32,000 nt of DNA from an archaeon (GTDB lineage: Archaea; Asgardarchaeota; Thorarchaeia; Thorarchaeales; Thorarchaeaceae): contig JAJRZD010000082.1 in the NCBI GenBank assembly GCA_024275415.1, positions 1 to 32,000 of the forward strand. Reading direction: 5' to 3'. Position 1 is the stretch's first letter. Every line of letters begins with the position of its first letter. Under the pieces are notes generated by a model. It did no database searches. It had not been told where the DNA came from and worked only from the letters and a program-made list of their open reading frames with translations. Shown in pieces: positions 7,458-16,652 of this stretch. A program made the translations under genes and the position numbers.

Positions 7458-8224
7458 ACAATAATAAAGTGCTTGAAGTCAGGGATATCTGGAAATCTTA
7501 TGACGCCCTAGAGGTTCTGAAGGGAATAACCTTTGATGTCGGGGAGAATGAAGTAAAGGTGATTTTTGGGCCCAGTGGCTCAGGAAAAAGCACGTTGCTT
7601 CGATGCATCAATATGCTAGATCCGCCTCAGAAGGGAGAGGTCTATCTCCGTGGCAAGAATCTGATGAATCCTGATGAGGATCTCAATCATCTTCGGGCTC
7701 GAATAGGATTTGTATTCCAACATTTCAATCTCTTCGCACATCTTAAAGCGATTGATAATGTCACAATTGGACCGAAGCTTGTTCTTGGATTAAGCAAAGA
7801 GGAGGCGGAGGAGAGAGCATATAGAGCACTTGAGCATGTGAAGATGGAAAGCTGGGCACATCAATACCCAGCACAGCTCTCAGGTGGACAGCAGCAACGG
7901 ATTGGAATTGCACGAGCTCTTGCCATGGAACCCGATGTTATCCTCTTCGATGAACCAACTTCAGCATTAGACCCTGAGCTGATAGGAGAAGTCCTTCAAG
8001 TGATGCTTGACATAGCAAAGGAAGGGACTACAATGGTAGTAGTGACACATGAGATGGGCTTCGCCCGAGCAGTGGCCAGTGAGATGATTTTCATCGACGA
8101 GGGGGTTATTGTTGAACGTGGTTCACCTCATCACTTCTTCACAAAGCCAGAATCGAAAAGGGTGCAACAGTTCCTGCATCGTCTCGAGGTGCTATATGGA
8201 CAGGCGAATGATGAGGAACAATGA
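7454..8224 (+). CDS. Polar amino-acid ABC transporter ATP-binding protein (GlnQ-like)
   Basis: Walker A GPSGSGKS, signature LSGGQQQR, Walker [20 protein letters not shown] start overlaps the upstream stop. Confidence 0.96.
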   Translation: MNNNKVLEVRDIWKSYDALEVLKGITFDVGENEVKVIFGPSGSGKSTLLRCINMLDPPQKGEVYLRGKNLMNPDEDLNHLRARIGFVFQHFNLFAHLKAIDNVTIGPKLVLGLSKEEAEERAYRALEHVKMESWAHQYPAQLSGGQQQRIGIARALAMEPDVILFDEPTSALDPELIGEVLQVMLDIAKEGTTMVVVTHEMGFARAVASEMIFIDEGVIVERGSPHHFFTKPESKRVQQFLHRLEVLYGQANDEEQ

Positions 8225-8245
8225 ACAAGACTTGGAGGATCACGT

Positions 8246-9010
8246 ATGAACATTCCGCTCTCTAGCAATTTCTTTGGGATGATGCAGCTAGAGGAATACT
8301 ATGATGAGCTCATTGATGGGTTCATGATGACAATGGGGTTGTACATGTTTGCCTTGGTCTTTGGTTTCATTCTTGGCATTGGGCTTGCCATACTCAGACA
8401 ATATGGAGGGAGGATCTCATCAAGGATAGCTACTGGGTATGTAGAAGTCATTCGTGGAACTCCCCTTCTTACCCAAGTGTTCGTGGTGTATTTCGGACCC
8501 CTTGCTCTGAATGCGTTTCTTGAAAGCAATGGTCTTCCGCCGGTTTTTGAGGATTGGCAGGTTCTTGGTCCGGACTGGTGGGGTGGAACAAAGATCATCA
8601 TCTCTTCTCGCATTCTTTTGGGTGCACTTGCGCTTGCATTGAACAGTGCAGCGTATCAAGCTGAATACTTCAGAGGGTCAATGGGATCCATAAGCAGTGG
8701 ACAGATCCAGGCTGCGGTCGCATTAGGAATGACGAGGCAACAAAGTATCCGACACATCATTCTTCCTCAAACACTCCGGAGAGTAATACCTGCGTGGTCG
8801 AACGAAGCGGCATATTTACCAAAGTACACAACAGTAGTATCCTTTATTGCAATTGAAGAGTTATTCAATGTCGGCTCTTGGATTGTTGGACGGACTTTCT
8901 TGGTTTTTGAAGTGTATGCGATAATTGCTGTTGTTTTTCTTGTACTTATCTCAGTCGTTTCATTCATTCTTGATAGGGTCTATGATAAAATCAAGATACC
9001 AGGCCTCTAG
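8246..9010 (+). CDS. Polar amino-acid ABC transporter permease (second)
   Basis: IRGTPLLTQ, AAYQAEYFRG, GQIQAAVALGMT, IILPQT. Confidence 0.93.
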   Translation: MNIPLSSNFFGMMQLEEYYDELIDGFMMTMGLYMFALVFGFILGIGLAILRQYGGRISSRIATGYVEVIRGTPLLTQVFVVYFGPLALNAFLESNGLPPVFEDWQVLGPDWWGGTKIIISSRILLGALALALNSAAYQAEYFRGSMGSISSGQIQAAVALGMTRQQSIRHIILPQTLRRVIPAWSNEAAYLPKYTTVVSFIAIEELFNVGSWIVGRTFLVFEVYAIIAVVFLVLISVVSFILDRVYDKIKIPGL

Positions 9011-9016
9011 GTCCTG

Positions 9017-9856
9017 TCATTCAGACACAAAGACACCACTCATAGGTGTCACCTCAAGTCCTTTCTCACGTAATGCATGGACAAAAGGTGCTATTCCAAC
9101 AGAGTCAGAGGATATGTGTCCTGTCGCCACCAAGTTGCCAGCCTTATCGTATGATGCTAGCTCTTTCTTATCTGCAGCTCCAAGGTGCATATAGAAGACA
9201 GTCGAGTATCCCGCATCAAAATATGCCTTGGCAACACCAGCACCGCCGTTTGTACCTCCAGCCATCGCAACTATCCACTTTCCAAGCAGGTTGTCTGCTG
9301 AGCCTATATAGACCAAGGGATCGGTCAACCCGACCTTCAACTCAGGGAACGCTTTGATAGCCTCGATGGCATCTTTGACCCGAGGTCTCTCGGCAGACTC
9401 GACGGCCTTCTGGATTGCCCCCGCGAACCGTTTTCTGCACACCATATCCAAGGGCAGGTGGACATTCATGAAGGGCATCCCAAGGAGCTTTGCAGCCGAG
9501 ATGGTCCTGTCATAGTTACTGACATGTGTCGTAAGGCGGACAGCATCAAGCCGTGGCTGGATCGCTTTCTCAGCGATATGAGGGGGAATGCCAGCCTCGA
9601 TCATCTGGTTGACCTGAGTCTTGACAACGTCCTCGAAATGGATTCGCGATTCGCCCCCTGGGGGGTGATGGGCGATAACGAGGTCATAGTTTAACTCACG
9701 TGCCAGCAGGAGTTCTGCCGTGCCCATATCGATCCCGATTAGAACTCGCTTGATGTCCTCACCGGGGACATGGATTCCGCTGTCCCCAGGGATTTCGTTC
9801 AGCCCAGCCATTTGCAGGGCGAGGTTCATTATCTCATCAGTGTTCACTGCGACCAA
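9017..9856 (-). CDS. NIF3-like (DUF34) dinuclear metal-binding protein
   Basis: LIGID, IAHHP, NVHLPLD, GHISSD metal-ligand motifs. The start may be GTG 9847 instead. Confidence 0.75.
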   Translation of the reverse strand: MVAVNTDEIMNLALQMAGLNEIPGDSGIHVPGEDIKRVLIGIDMGTAELLLARELNYDLVIAHHPPGGESRIHFEDVVKTQVNQMIEAGIPPHIAEKAIQPRLDAVRLTTHVSNYDRTISAAKLLGMPFMNVHLPLDMVCRKRFAGAIQKAVESAERPRVKDAIEAIKAFPELKVGLTDPLVYIGSADNLLGKWIVAMAGGTNGGAGVAKAYFDAGYSTVFYMHLGAADKKELASYDKAGNLVATGHISSDSVGIAPFVHALREKGLEVTPMSGVFVSE

Positions 9857-11123
9857 ATTCCCGTATCATTTTAGCAATCTCATACGCTTCGAACTTTTCT
9901 GCACAGTCCGCAGCGGTCAACCCATCAGTGTCCCTGATGGAGGTATCCGCTCCGGCTTCAAGCAGGAAACGAACGACATCCGCTTGTCCGTTCTCTGCTG
10001 CGCAAATAAGAGCAGTCATATTCACTCCATCGGTCGCATTGATATTTATTCCGTTCTCCAAGCATAGTTTTGCAAAGTCCACAAGACCCCCAGCTGCAGC
10101 TGCCATCAACAGCGTGTACCCATCTGGGCGTGCATACTTGATAACGGCACCCTTCTCAATCAGCAGTTTTACCGCACCTTCAAGTCCCCAAGCTGTAGAT
10201 GCAAGGAGCGCGTTCCAGCCGTTTGCATCAGTCTTATGGATATCAGCTCCTGCCTCAATTAGTTTCATCACCAAGTTCTCGTTCCCAGTCCCTGCCGCCA
10301 GCAGCAATGGTGTAGTACCATCACTAAGAAACAGATTCACATCCGCTCCTGATTGGAGCAAGATACTTGAGATCTCATTGTTATTAGCGTCTATCGCCAC
10401 CAACAACGGGGTCCAGCCATCCTGCCTCTGATAGTCAATGTTAGCTCCACTGTCAAGTAACAGTTTCACAATCTGTGCGGAACCCTTCTGAATTGCCAAC
10501 ATCAAGACAGAGATTCCATTCGAGTTAACGCTATTCGAGTCGGCCCCATTGTCGAGGAGGTACTTCACAATGGCGGGATGCTGAAATTCTATAGCATAAG
10601 TCAATGCAGTCCATCCATCAGGGGCCTTGGAAAGTGGATCACACTTGTATTCTTCGACTAACAGCCTGGCCGTTTCGAAGACTCCACCTTGTGCCGCGGC
10701 CATCAGTACTGTAAAACCATCTTCTCGTACCAGATGGGGGTCAGCACCACGGTCTAGGAGAACTCCTACAGTGGCTGTGTGCCCAAGGCCTGCGGCTAGG
10801 TGCAGCACCGATTGGTTCCGAGTGGTGGTGGTATTCACATCAGCGCCACTGGAGATCAGGTATCCCACTATATCATGCAGTCCGAAATATACCGCGCCCA
10901 TCAGTGCTGTCCAACCCTTGCTGTCCTGAACATCCAAGTCTGCCCCAGCGTCAACAAGTGCTTCGACGACTTTCAATGAACGGCCACTAGTACACGCATA
11001 CATCAATGCGGTTCTGCCGTTTGGAGCACGGGCGTTCACGTCTTGACCCATCCTGATATACTTCAGCACATTCTCAAGATGACCCACGGATGCAGCCCCC
11101 ATCAGATCCGTCAGCTCATACAA
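9837..11123 (-). CDS. Ankyrin-repeat protein (~12-13 repeats)
   Basis: 33-aa repeats GxTALxxA...G...V.LLL..GADVN over the whole 428 aa; TTG start after GGAG. Confidence 0.95.
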   Translation of the reverse strand: MYELTDLMGAASVGHLENVLKYIRMGQDVNARAPNGRTALMYACTSGRSLKVVEALVDAGADLDVQDSKGWTALMGAVYFGLHDIVGYLISSGADVNTTTTRNQSVLHLAAGLGHTATVGVLLDRGADPHLVREDGFTVLMAAAQGGVFETARLLVEEYKCDPLSKAPDGWTALTYAIEFQHPAIVKYLLDNGADSNSVNSNGISVLMLAIQKGSAQIVKLLLDSGANIDYQRQDGWTPLLVAIDANNNEISSILLQSGADVNLFLSDGTTPLLLAAGTGNENLVMKLIEAGADIHKTDANGWNALLASTAWGLEGAVKLLIEKGAVIKYARPDGYTLLMAAAAGGLVDFAKLCLENGININATDGVNMTALICAAENGQADVVRFLLEAGADTSIRDTDGLTAADCAEKFEAYEIAKMIREFGRSEH

Positions 11124-11357
11124 TTCAACAACTCCAAAATTCGAATAGCTAGCATATCAAAAAGAGAGATATGAATCTTCTTCGACTAGGTTCCAGTGGG
11201 ATGTCAGTGAGCAAGGGGTGAAATGTAGATTTCTTGTTAGACTATCAGGATGTCATGGTCGATGATTCAGTTTCAATATACAACCAAAGACTTTTCATTA
11301 TATTTAGTATTGCGGTTGTTTGACTCTATATGGTTACAGAATTACGGAGTGTTGTAT

Positions 11358-11762
11358 ATGGGAAAGGTCTATGTCATCAGTTGTAGTCCAGACTTGGCAT
11401 CTATGGGACTTGATAGGTTAAGGACATCAGTGGATGGCCTGAAAGAGGTCGAGATTTCACTTGACTGGTCCTGCATCCGGCTAGTGCCAATTATCGCCAC
11501 TGAGAAGGTACACTTCGAAGAAGGAGAAGCCAAGATTGTAAGTATCGAACCGGTCACTATACCTCCATATGCCCTTCCGTTCAATGCGTTCTACGGAATG
11601 AATGGAATGGGTTTCATCTCGTGCATCGGGTCATTGGACTTCAAAAGATATGATGAGGAGAGGGCAGCTGATAAGGCAATGTTCCATTCTAGGATAAAAG
11701 CCTCGGTCATGCCAGGAGATCTGCTCGGTCAAATCAGTATAGTACAGGGAAAGAAAAAGTAG
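11358..11762 (+). CDS. DUF22-family archaeal protein
   Basis: W...PIIATEKVHFEEGE...IEPVTIPP...G...DEER...AMF...PGDLLG resembles DUF22. Start moved to ATG 11358 (GGAG upstream); the ORF track starts at 11250. Confidence 0.65.
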   Translation: MGKVYVISCSPDLASMGLDRLRTSVDGLKEVEISLDWSCIRLVPIIATEKVHFEEGEAKIVSIEPVTIPPYALPFNAFYGMNGMGFISCIGSLDFKRYDEERAADKAMFHSRIKASVMPGDLLGQISIVQGKKK

Positions 11763-11796
11763 TAAGGGCAGCGGATGGTTTCCGCTGCATGAGAAA

Positions 11797-12096
11797 CTAA
11801 ACAGAAACTACCTTGTCATATTGCTCCATGACAAGATCGACAATCTCAGGGTAGTCGACCAGTTTGGCATCCACGACCAAGCGTTTCCCGATGCCTCGCT
11901 CTTCGACATGGTTCTTTGAAGCGAATACTGGGACATTAAGGTCAGCCAAGTTCTTGGAATGTTCACATCCCTTGTCCGCCAAGAAGACACCATCCTGTAC
12001 AAGAAGGATTGCGACCTCATTGTCGCCCGTGCGGATCGCAGATACGACCTCATCAACGTTCGAACAGTCACCTGAAAGCCAAATCAAGAATTTCAT
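11797..12096 (-). CDS. dsrH: DsrH/TusB-family sulfur relay protein
   Basis: 99 aa with AILLVQDGVFLA, ASKNHVEERGI, VDYPEIVDLV; third gene of an E-F-H cluster. Confidence 0.8.
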   Translation of the reverse strand: MKFLIWLSGDCSNVDEVVSAIRTGDNEVAILLVQDGVFLADKGCEHSKNLADLNVPVFASKNHVEERGIGKRLVVDAKLVDYPEIVDLVMEQYDKVVSV

Positions 12097-12109
12097 GTTC
12101 TACCAACTC

Positions 12110-12460
12110 CTAAAATGTGATTACTAGGTCATTCTCTTCAAATGCCTTCCCAACAGCTACCTCGTCAAGGATCTCAACTTCCTCAATGAGTTCGTCAGGA
12201 GAAATGTTCCTCTCTTCCAGTGACCGCTTGCTTGCACATATCTTTCCGTCAAAGCTGAGATACGTAGACTTGAACATGCGGATATGTAGGTCATGCATGT
12301 CCTTGAGGAGGGCATAGACACCATCCCCCATGAAGAGCATGGTAGGTTCGTGATCCATCCCAAACATCCCAATAGATGCACGCCAGCCCTCGAAATTGAA
12401 GATTGTGCCAAAGGGCCTGCTGTTAATCAGAATCAAAATTGGTCTTTCTTTGAACTCCAT
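12110..12460 (-). CDS. dsrF: DsrF/TusC-family sulfur relay protein
   Basis: SRPFGT...EGWRAS...LFMGDGVYALLK...SLEERNI. Start at ATG 12460 after GGAGG. Confidence 0.8.
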   Translation of the reverse strand: MEFKERPILILINSRPFGTIFNFEGWRASIGMFGMDHEPTMLFMGDGVYALLKDMHDLHIRMFKSTYLSFDGKICASKRSLEERNISPDELIEEVEILDEVAVGKAFEENDLVITF

Positions 12461-12473
12461 TTCATAGTACCTC

Positions 12474-12839
12474 CTAGAACGTGAAAGTGACGAACCGCTC
12501 GCACTCACCCATCATCTCAGCAAGCTCCGTAAGCCCTGTGACCTCGACTCCAGGAGTGTAATCACTTCCTCTTTGATCGAACCCACGTGCGGATGTACAC
12601 AGTCCACAGGCTTGGAACTCAGCACCCATATCAGCCAGCTCTTGGATGCGCTCGTTCATGGGAACATCAGGATCAGGATCCTGATTGAGCTTGGCGTTGT
12701 TAACTCCATCGACAAAGAGAAAGACTTTCACACCATAACCTTTCTCGATGGCAGCCTTGGCGAACTCGTAGAAGGTATGCGAATTCTGGAATGTATAGGG
12801 GCTTGTCAAGAGAAGTATTCCAAGGTTTTTCTTTTCCAC
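12474..12839 (-). CDS. dsrE: DsrE/TusD-family sulfurtransferase
   Basis: LLTSPY, VFLFVDGV, and ACGLCTSARG containing the conserved active Cys. Confidence 0.85.
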   Translation of the reverse strand: MEKKNLGILLLTSPYTFQNSHTFYEFAKAAIEKGYGVKVFLFVDGVNNAKLNQDPDPDVPMNERIQELADMGAEFQACGLCTSARGFDQRGSDYTPGVEVTGLTELAEMMGECERFVTFTF

Positions 12840-13152
12840 GACAAATCATCTCCGAGATAATCAGACATGCCCACAAGACTCGGCTTAAAATTGTAGCGAA
12901 ATAACAACCCATGTTTCTTACAGAATATAACCAAAGTCCGGTGATTATTTTTCAAATACAACGGTCTAGTAGAAATAAACCACCCTTTTAGTCATCAGCT
13001 ATAAACAGAATATTTGATTTTGTTAGGGAGTGTGCTATTCGTTACTGTTGTTTCTCTAAATTATCACGTTATTCTACAGAGGCGAATACTAGATAACATT
13101 GAAAAGCATCATCATCAATATTCAAGAAACGCCAGTTAGGTGAGGTGGAAGA

Positions 13153-14220
13153 TTGTCAGACATTACGCTCAGTTTAGAACTAAAGGATGGAAAGGTCAAA
13201 AAGGTAGAGTTCGACGAGGACGAGGACACGCTCCAACTGTCAAGGCAGGGAATCGTGAGGATAGACCTTGACCCCCTCGTGGATTGCACGAACCTTAAGC
13301 ATCTTGATCTCGGCTCGAACCGAATTGAGTATATCGACCTGACACCATTAGAGACCTGTGAGAACCTGTCCTCGTTGAGCCTCTTCAAGAATCCGCTGAT
13401 AGAAGTGAATCTCTTACCTCTGGCTGCTTGCTCAAACCTTTCAGAATTGAACCTTGGTTCCACAGGGCTTGAAACGATTGACCTGAGCTTGCTTTCAAAG
13501 AGCAAGTTGAAGCGGCTACGGCTTTTTGGGAATGAGCTATCCAGCATCGACCTCGCTCCGCTAAAGGGGCTAACAACACTCGAAAGCTTGGAGATGGAGA
13601 ACAACAATTTCAGCGAGATCGACCTATCACCATTATCGTCGTGTCATAACCTGACTCAGCTGAACCTGATGTACAACGAACTGCCCTCAATAGACCTGTC
13701 ACCTCTGAAGGACTGCACCAAAATGAAGTTCCTTTATCTACATCACAATATCCTGCGAGACATCGACCTCACACCGCTTTCTGAATGGAAGGATTTCCGC
13801 ATATTGAGGCTTGGGGGCAACGACATTGAGTCGATAGATCTAAGGCCACTTGCTGGATGCATCAAATTGAGAAGGCTAGGTCTTGCAATGAACAGGATAG
13901 AGGACATTGATCTAGAACCCCTGGCGAATTGTCACGAACTCAGAGCGTTAGATATTGCGGGGAACAGGTTGACCGTAATCGACCTTTCACCGTTGTCCAA
14001 CTGCAAGTCCCTTGAGGAGTTCTACTTGTATAGTGGACACCCTGAAGAGAACGAGTTTGAAAGTGTAGATATCAGCCCGTTGTTCAACTGTGAGGAACTT
14101 GAGGACCTCGCAGTTTCGGAGGGAACCGAACTAGTAGCTACTGCATCGCTGAAGAAACGTAAGGAAATTCCCTATGCTCTAGAGGAACTTATCTCTGAAA
14201 GCAGAATACAATGGCGGTAG
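13153..14220 (+). CDS. Leucine-rich repeat protein (~12 x 24-aa repeats)
   Basis: Repeated LxxLxLxxNxLxxIDLxPLxxC; TTG start after GAGGTGG. Confidence 0.92.
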   Translation: MSDITLSLELKDGKVKKVEFDEDEDTLQLSRQGIVRIDLDPLVDCTNLKHLDLGSNRIEYIDLTPLETCENLSSLSLFKNPLIEVNLLPLAACSNLSELNLGSTGLETIDLSLLSKSKLKRLRLFGNELSSIDLAPLKGLTTLESLEMENNNFSEIDLSPLSSCHNLTQLNLMYNELPSIDLSPLKDCTKMKFLYLHHNILRDIDLTPLSEWKDFRILRLGGNDIESIDLRPLAGCIKLRRLGLAMNRIEDIDLEPLANCHELRALDIAGNRLTVIDLSPLSNCKSLEEFYLYSGHPEENEFESVDISPLFNCEELEDLAVSEGTELVATASLKKRKEIPYALEELISESRIQWR

Positions 14221-14323
14221 AGCTCCTGTAGAAACATCGTCAATGATTTTTTAAGTAAACCATTGCTCATATATATAAGAAGGCCTAGCGGACTCTCTGG
14301 CGATAGTCGTTAGGTGCAATTTG

Positions 14324-14551
14324 ATGAACGCGCGAAGAAAAGAAATGGAACGCATGGCCAAGCTCTATATGGAATACTTGAACGGGCCTTTTGGTTGGCG
14401 AATACTGAACGGGCTCAAGGAGGGAGAGAGCTTCTCAATCCGATCCATCAATGAAGCGATGAAAGTCACAAAGGTTGGCGGAAAGGCGATTGTGAAGGTA
14501 GAAGAACGCTACCAGAACAATGTAGACAAGTCCAAACTGGACTCGTACTAA
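14324..14551 (+). CDS. Hypothetical small protein
   Basis: 75 aa; TATATATAA at 14270-14278 upstream; protein-like composition. No family recognised. Confidence 0.55.
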   Translation: MNARRKEMERMAKLYMEYLNGPFGWRILNGLKEGESFSIRSINEAMKVTKVGGKAIVKVEERYQNNVDKSKLDSY

Positions 14552-14622
14552 TTGTGACCACAGGTTATCCTTTATTAGACACAATATCAAGTGGGCATTG
14601 GTGAATGCTTTTGGTAGTGGAG

Positions 14623-15258
14623 ATGGACGAAGCGACCAAGGAACAAGTCCGTGTGATGTTCGCAACACTGGAATCGGATGTTACTATCCATTTGTTCGTG
14701 AAGGAACATGAATGCCTTTATTGTGGTGATACTGCAAAGCTTGCCGAGCTTGTGGCAGACCTGTCCAATAAGGTTTCGATAGTGAAACACACCGATGATA
14801 TTGGAAGCGGCATAGCAGCCGAGATGGGGATACGATTCCATCCGACAATTGTCCTACATGGCAAAGACAAGTATAAAGTGAGATTCATGGGGATTCCAGC
14901 AGGTCACGAGTTTGGAGCGCTCATCGCATCAATTGTTTCGGTATCCACAGGGGCGGTACCACTAGAACCAGATGTGATCGAGGACATCAAGGCAATTGAC
15001 AAGCCACTTCATATCCAAGTTTTCACAACCCCGCAATGCCCCTATTGTCCTAACATGGTAAGGTTGGCACATTACGCTGCAATAATCAACCCACTCATAG
15101 AGGCTGATATGGTAGAGGCATTGGAGTTCCAAGAGTTAGCAACAAAGTATCAGGTCTTCGGCGTGCCAAAGACAGTGATCAATGAAACAGTCCACGTTGA
15201 AGGTGCTATTTCTGCTGATACATTTGTCGAGCGTCTTTACGATGCGGTCGAAAAATGA
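14623..15258 (+). CDS. Protein disulfide oxidoreductase (archaeal PDO / two-thioredoxin-fold glutaredoxin-like)
   Basis: Two CxxC sites (CLYC, CPYC); GIPAGHEFGALI and VFGVPKTVIN motifs. Confidence 0.9.
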   Translation: MDEATKEQVRVMFATLESDVTIHLFVKEHECLYCGDTAKLAELVADLSNKVSIVKHTDDIGSGIAAEMGIRFHPTIVLHGKDKYKVRFMGIPAGHEFGALIASIVSVSTGAVPLEPDVIEDIKAIDKPLHIQVFTTPQCPYCPNMVRLAHYAAIINPLIEADMVEALEFQELATKYQVFGVPKTVINETVHVEGAISADTFVERLYDAVEK

Positions 15259-15310
15259 CCAACACGCTTTTTGAACGCATGAGGGCTGAGAACGCCCTCT
15301 TGCACCGCAT
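15242..15310. terminator. Structured region between convergent PDO and trxB genes
   Basis: Outer inverted repeat ATGCGGT (15242-15248) / ACCGCAT (15304-15310) enclosing GAGGGC-N7-GCCCTC and a T5 run. Confidence 0.4.
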
Positions 15311-15341
15311 ATTATCCTCTATTTTGCCAACATAGGCTTGG

Positions 15342-16268
15342 TCAACAAGTGAAGACGAAATCGTGCTCATTCACGTATTTGTATGCCTCGTAGGCTGCAT
15401 GGACGCCTTCAGCGACACCTGTGATTGCCTGCTTGAACTCCGTGTCCACGACATCGCCGGCAGCAAACACGCCCTCGACATTTGTCCTGCTAGAACGGTC
15501 GATCATTATCTCGCCTTTCTCATTGACATTGACGCCGAGTTTCTGAGCAAGTTCGGAATGGGGAATCCCACCTATTGCAATGAAGATGCCGTCCAGTGAA
15601 AGGGTGTCGGATCCATTGTAAGGTTTATCCAGCCGGACGGCAGTAACACGGTCATCGCCAAGGATCTCGGTCACATTTGTTTCTGTGATCACCTCTATCT
15701 TTGACTCTTTCTCAATCCTTCGCGCGTTAATAGGCTCAGGACGGATCTTCTCTCGCCGATAGATTATGTACACCTTTGAGCAGTACTTTGAAAGAAGGAG
15801 TGCTTCCTTCGCTGCACTATCAGAGCCTCCTATCACAGCAACAACCCTGTCTTTGAAAAGCGGTGCATCACATAAGGCGCAATAGCTCACACCACGGTTA
15901 CGGAGTTCATCATGTCCAGGAACCTCAAGCTCCCGTTCTTTCATGCCAGTCGCGAAAAGGATAGATTTTGCAAGGAAGGTCTTCTTATCTGACACGACAT
16001 AGAAAAAGCCCTGCTCGTCTCGAAACACATCAGTGACGGTGCCAGTTTCGATGTGTACCGCATAAGCTTCTGCGTGGGATTTCAGGTTGTTCGCTAGTTC
16101 CTGACCGGTCAACTGCTTGAAGCCCGGATAGTTCGCTACATCATCTGTCAGCGTGATCGTTCCGCCATCTACGTCTCCGATGACAGCACACGAGAGGTCA
16201 AGGCGTGCGGCATACATTGCAGCGCCATACCCTGTCACACCTGAACCAATTACAACTAAGTCATACAT
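15342..16268 (-). CDS. trxB: Thioredoxin reductase (low-Mr, FAD/NADPH)
   Basis: FAD motif VIGSGVTG, NYPG, GVSYCALCD (CxxC), GGSDSA, TNVEGVFAAGDV, QAITGVAEG. Confidence 0.93.
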   Translation of the reverse strand: MYDLVVIGSGVTGYGAAMYAARLDLSCAVIGDVDGGTITLTDDVANYPGFKQLTGQELANNLKSHAEAYAVHIETGTVTDVFRDEQGFFYVVSDKKTFLAKSILFATGMKERELEVPGHDELRNRGVSYCALCDAPLFKDRVVAVIGGSDSAAKEALLLSKYCSKVYIIYRREKIRPEPINARRIEKESKIEVITETNVTEILGDDRVTAVRLDKPYNGSDTLSLDGIFIAIGGIPHSELAQKLGVNVNEKGEIMIDRSSRTNVEGVFAAGDVVDTEFKQAITGVAEGVHAAYEAYKYVNEHDFVFTC

Positions 16269-16272
16269 CTTT

Positions 16273-16515
16273 TCAACCTCGCAAAGTCCGTTTCAGTCTG
16301 CGTTCTGTCCGCCTATCAAATCCAACAAACACATCACTGCCAACCACTGTGACAGGGATTCCTTTTTGCCCAGTCTTCTCCTGAACCTCGTTCATTGTTT
16401 CAAGATTGGTCAACACACATCGTTCCTCAAAATTGACTCCTAGGTCTGAGAGGAAATCCTTGAGTTTCTTAGAGTGCGGACATTTGGGAGCTGTATAGAT
16501 AATTGCCTTTTCCAT
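16273..16515 (-). CDS. Glutaredoxin/NrdH-like protein (CPHS, monothiol)
   Basis: YTAPKCPHSKKLKDFL...GQKGIPVTVVG...VGFD. Upstream alternative ATG at 16527. Ends 4 bp before the trxB start. Confidence 0.85.
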   Translation of the reverse strand: MEKAIIYTAPKCPHSKKLKDFLSDLGVNFEERCVLTNLETMNEVQEKTGQKGIPVTVVGSDVFVGFDRRTERRLKRTLRG

Positions 16516-16652
16516 GATGACATGCATCCATTTTTAAATCAGGTTGATACAAAACGATAGTAATTACCACAGATATAGATTTTGAGAACGCGAAAGAACA
16601 GTAATGTGCTCTTTATTCTTTGAGCTGAATAATGGTTTAGAGGTCTGTGTGG

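Noticed and set aside
12840-13150. 310-bp AT-rich intergenic region as a possible ncRNA or small gene
   Set aside because: No convincing ORF, stable stem-loop or repeated motif found; consistent with divergent promoters.
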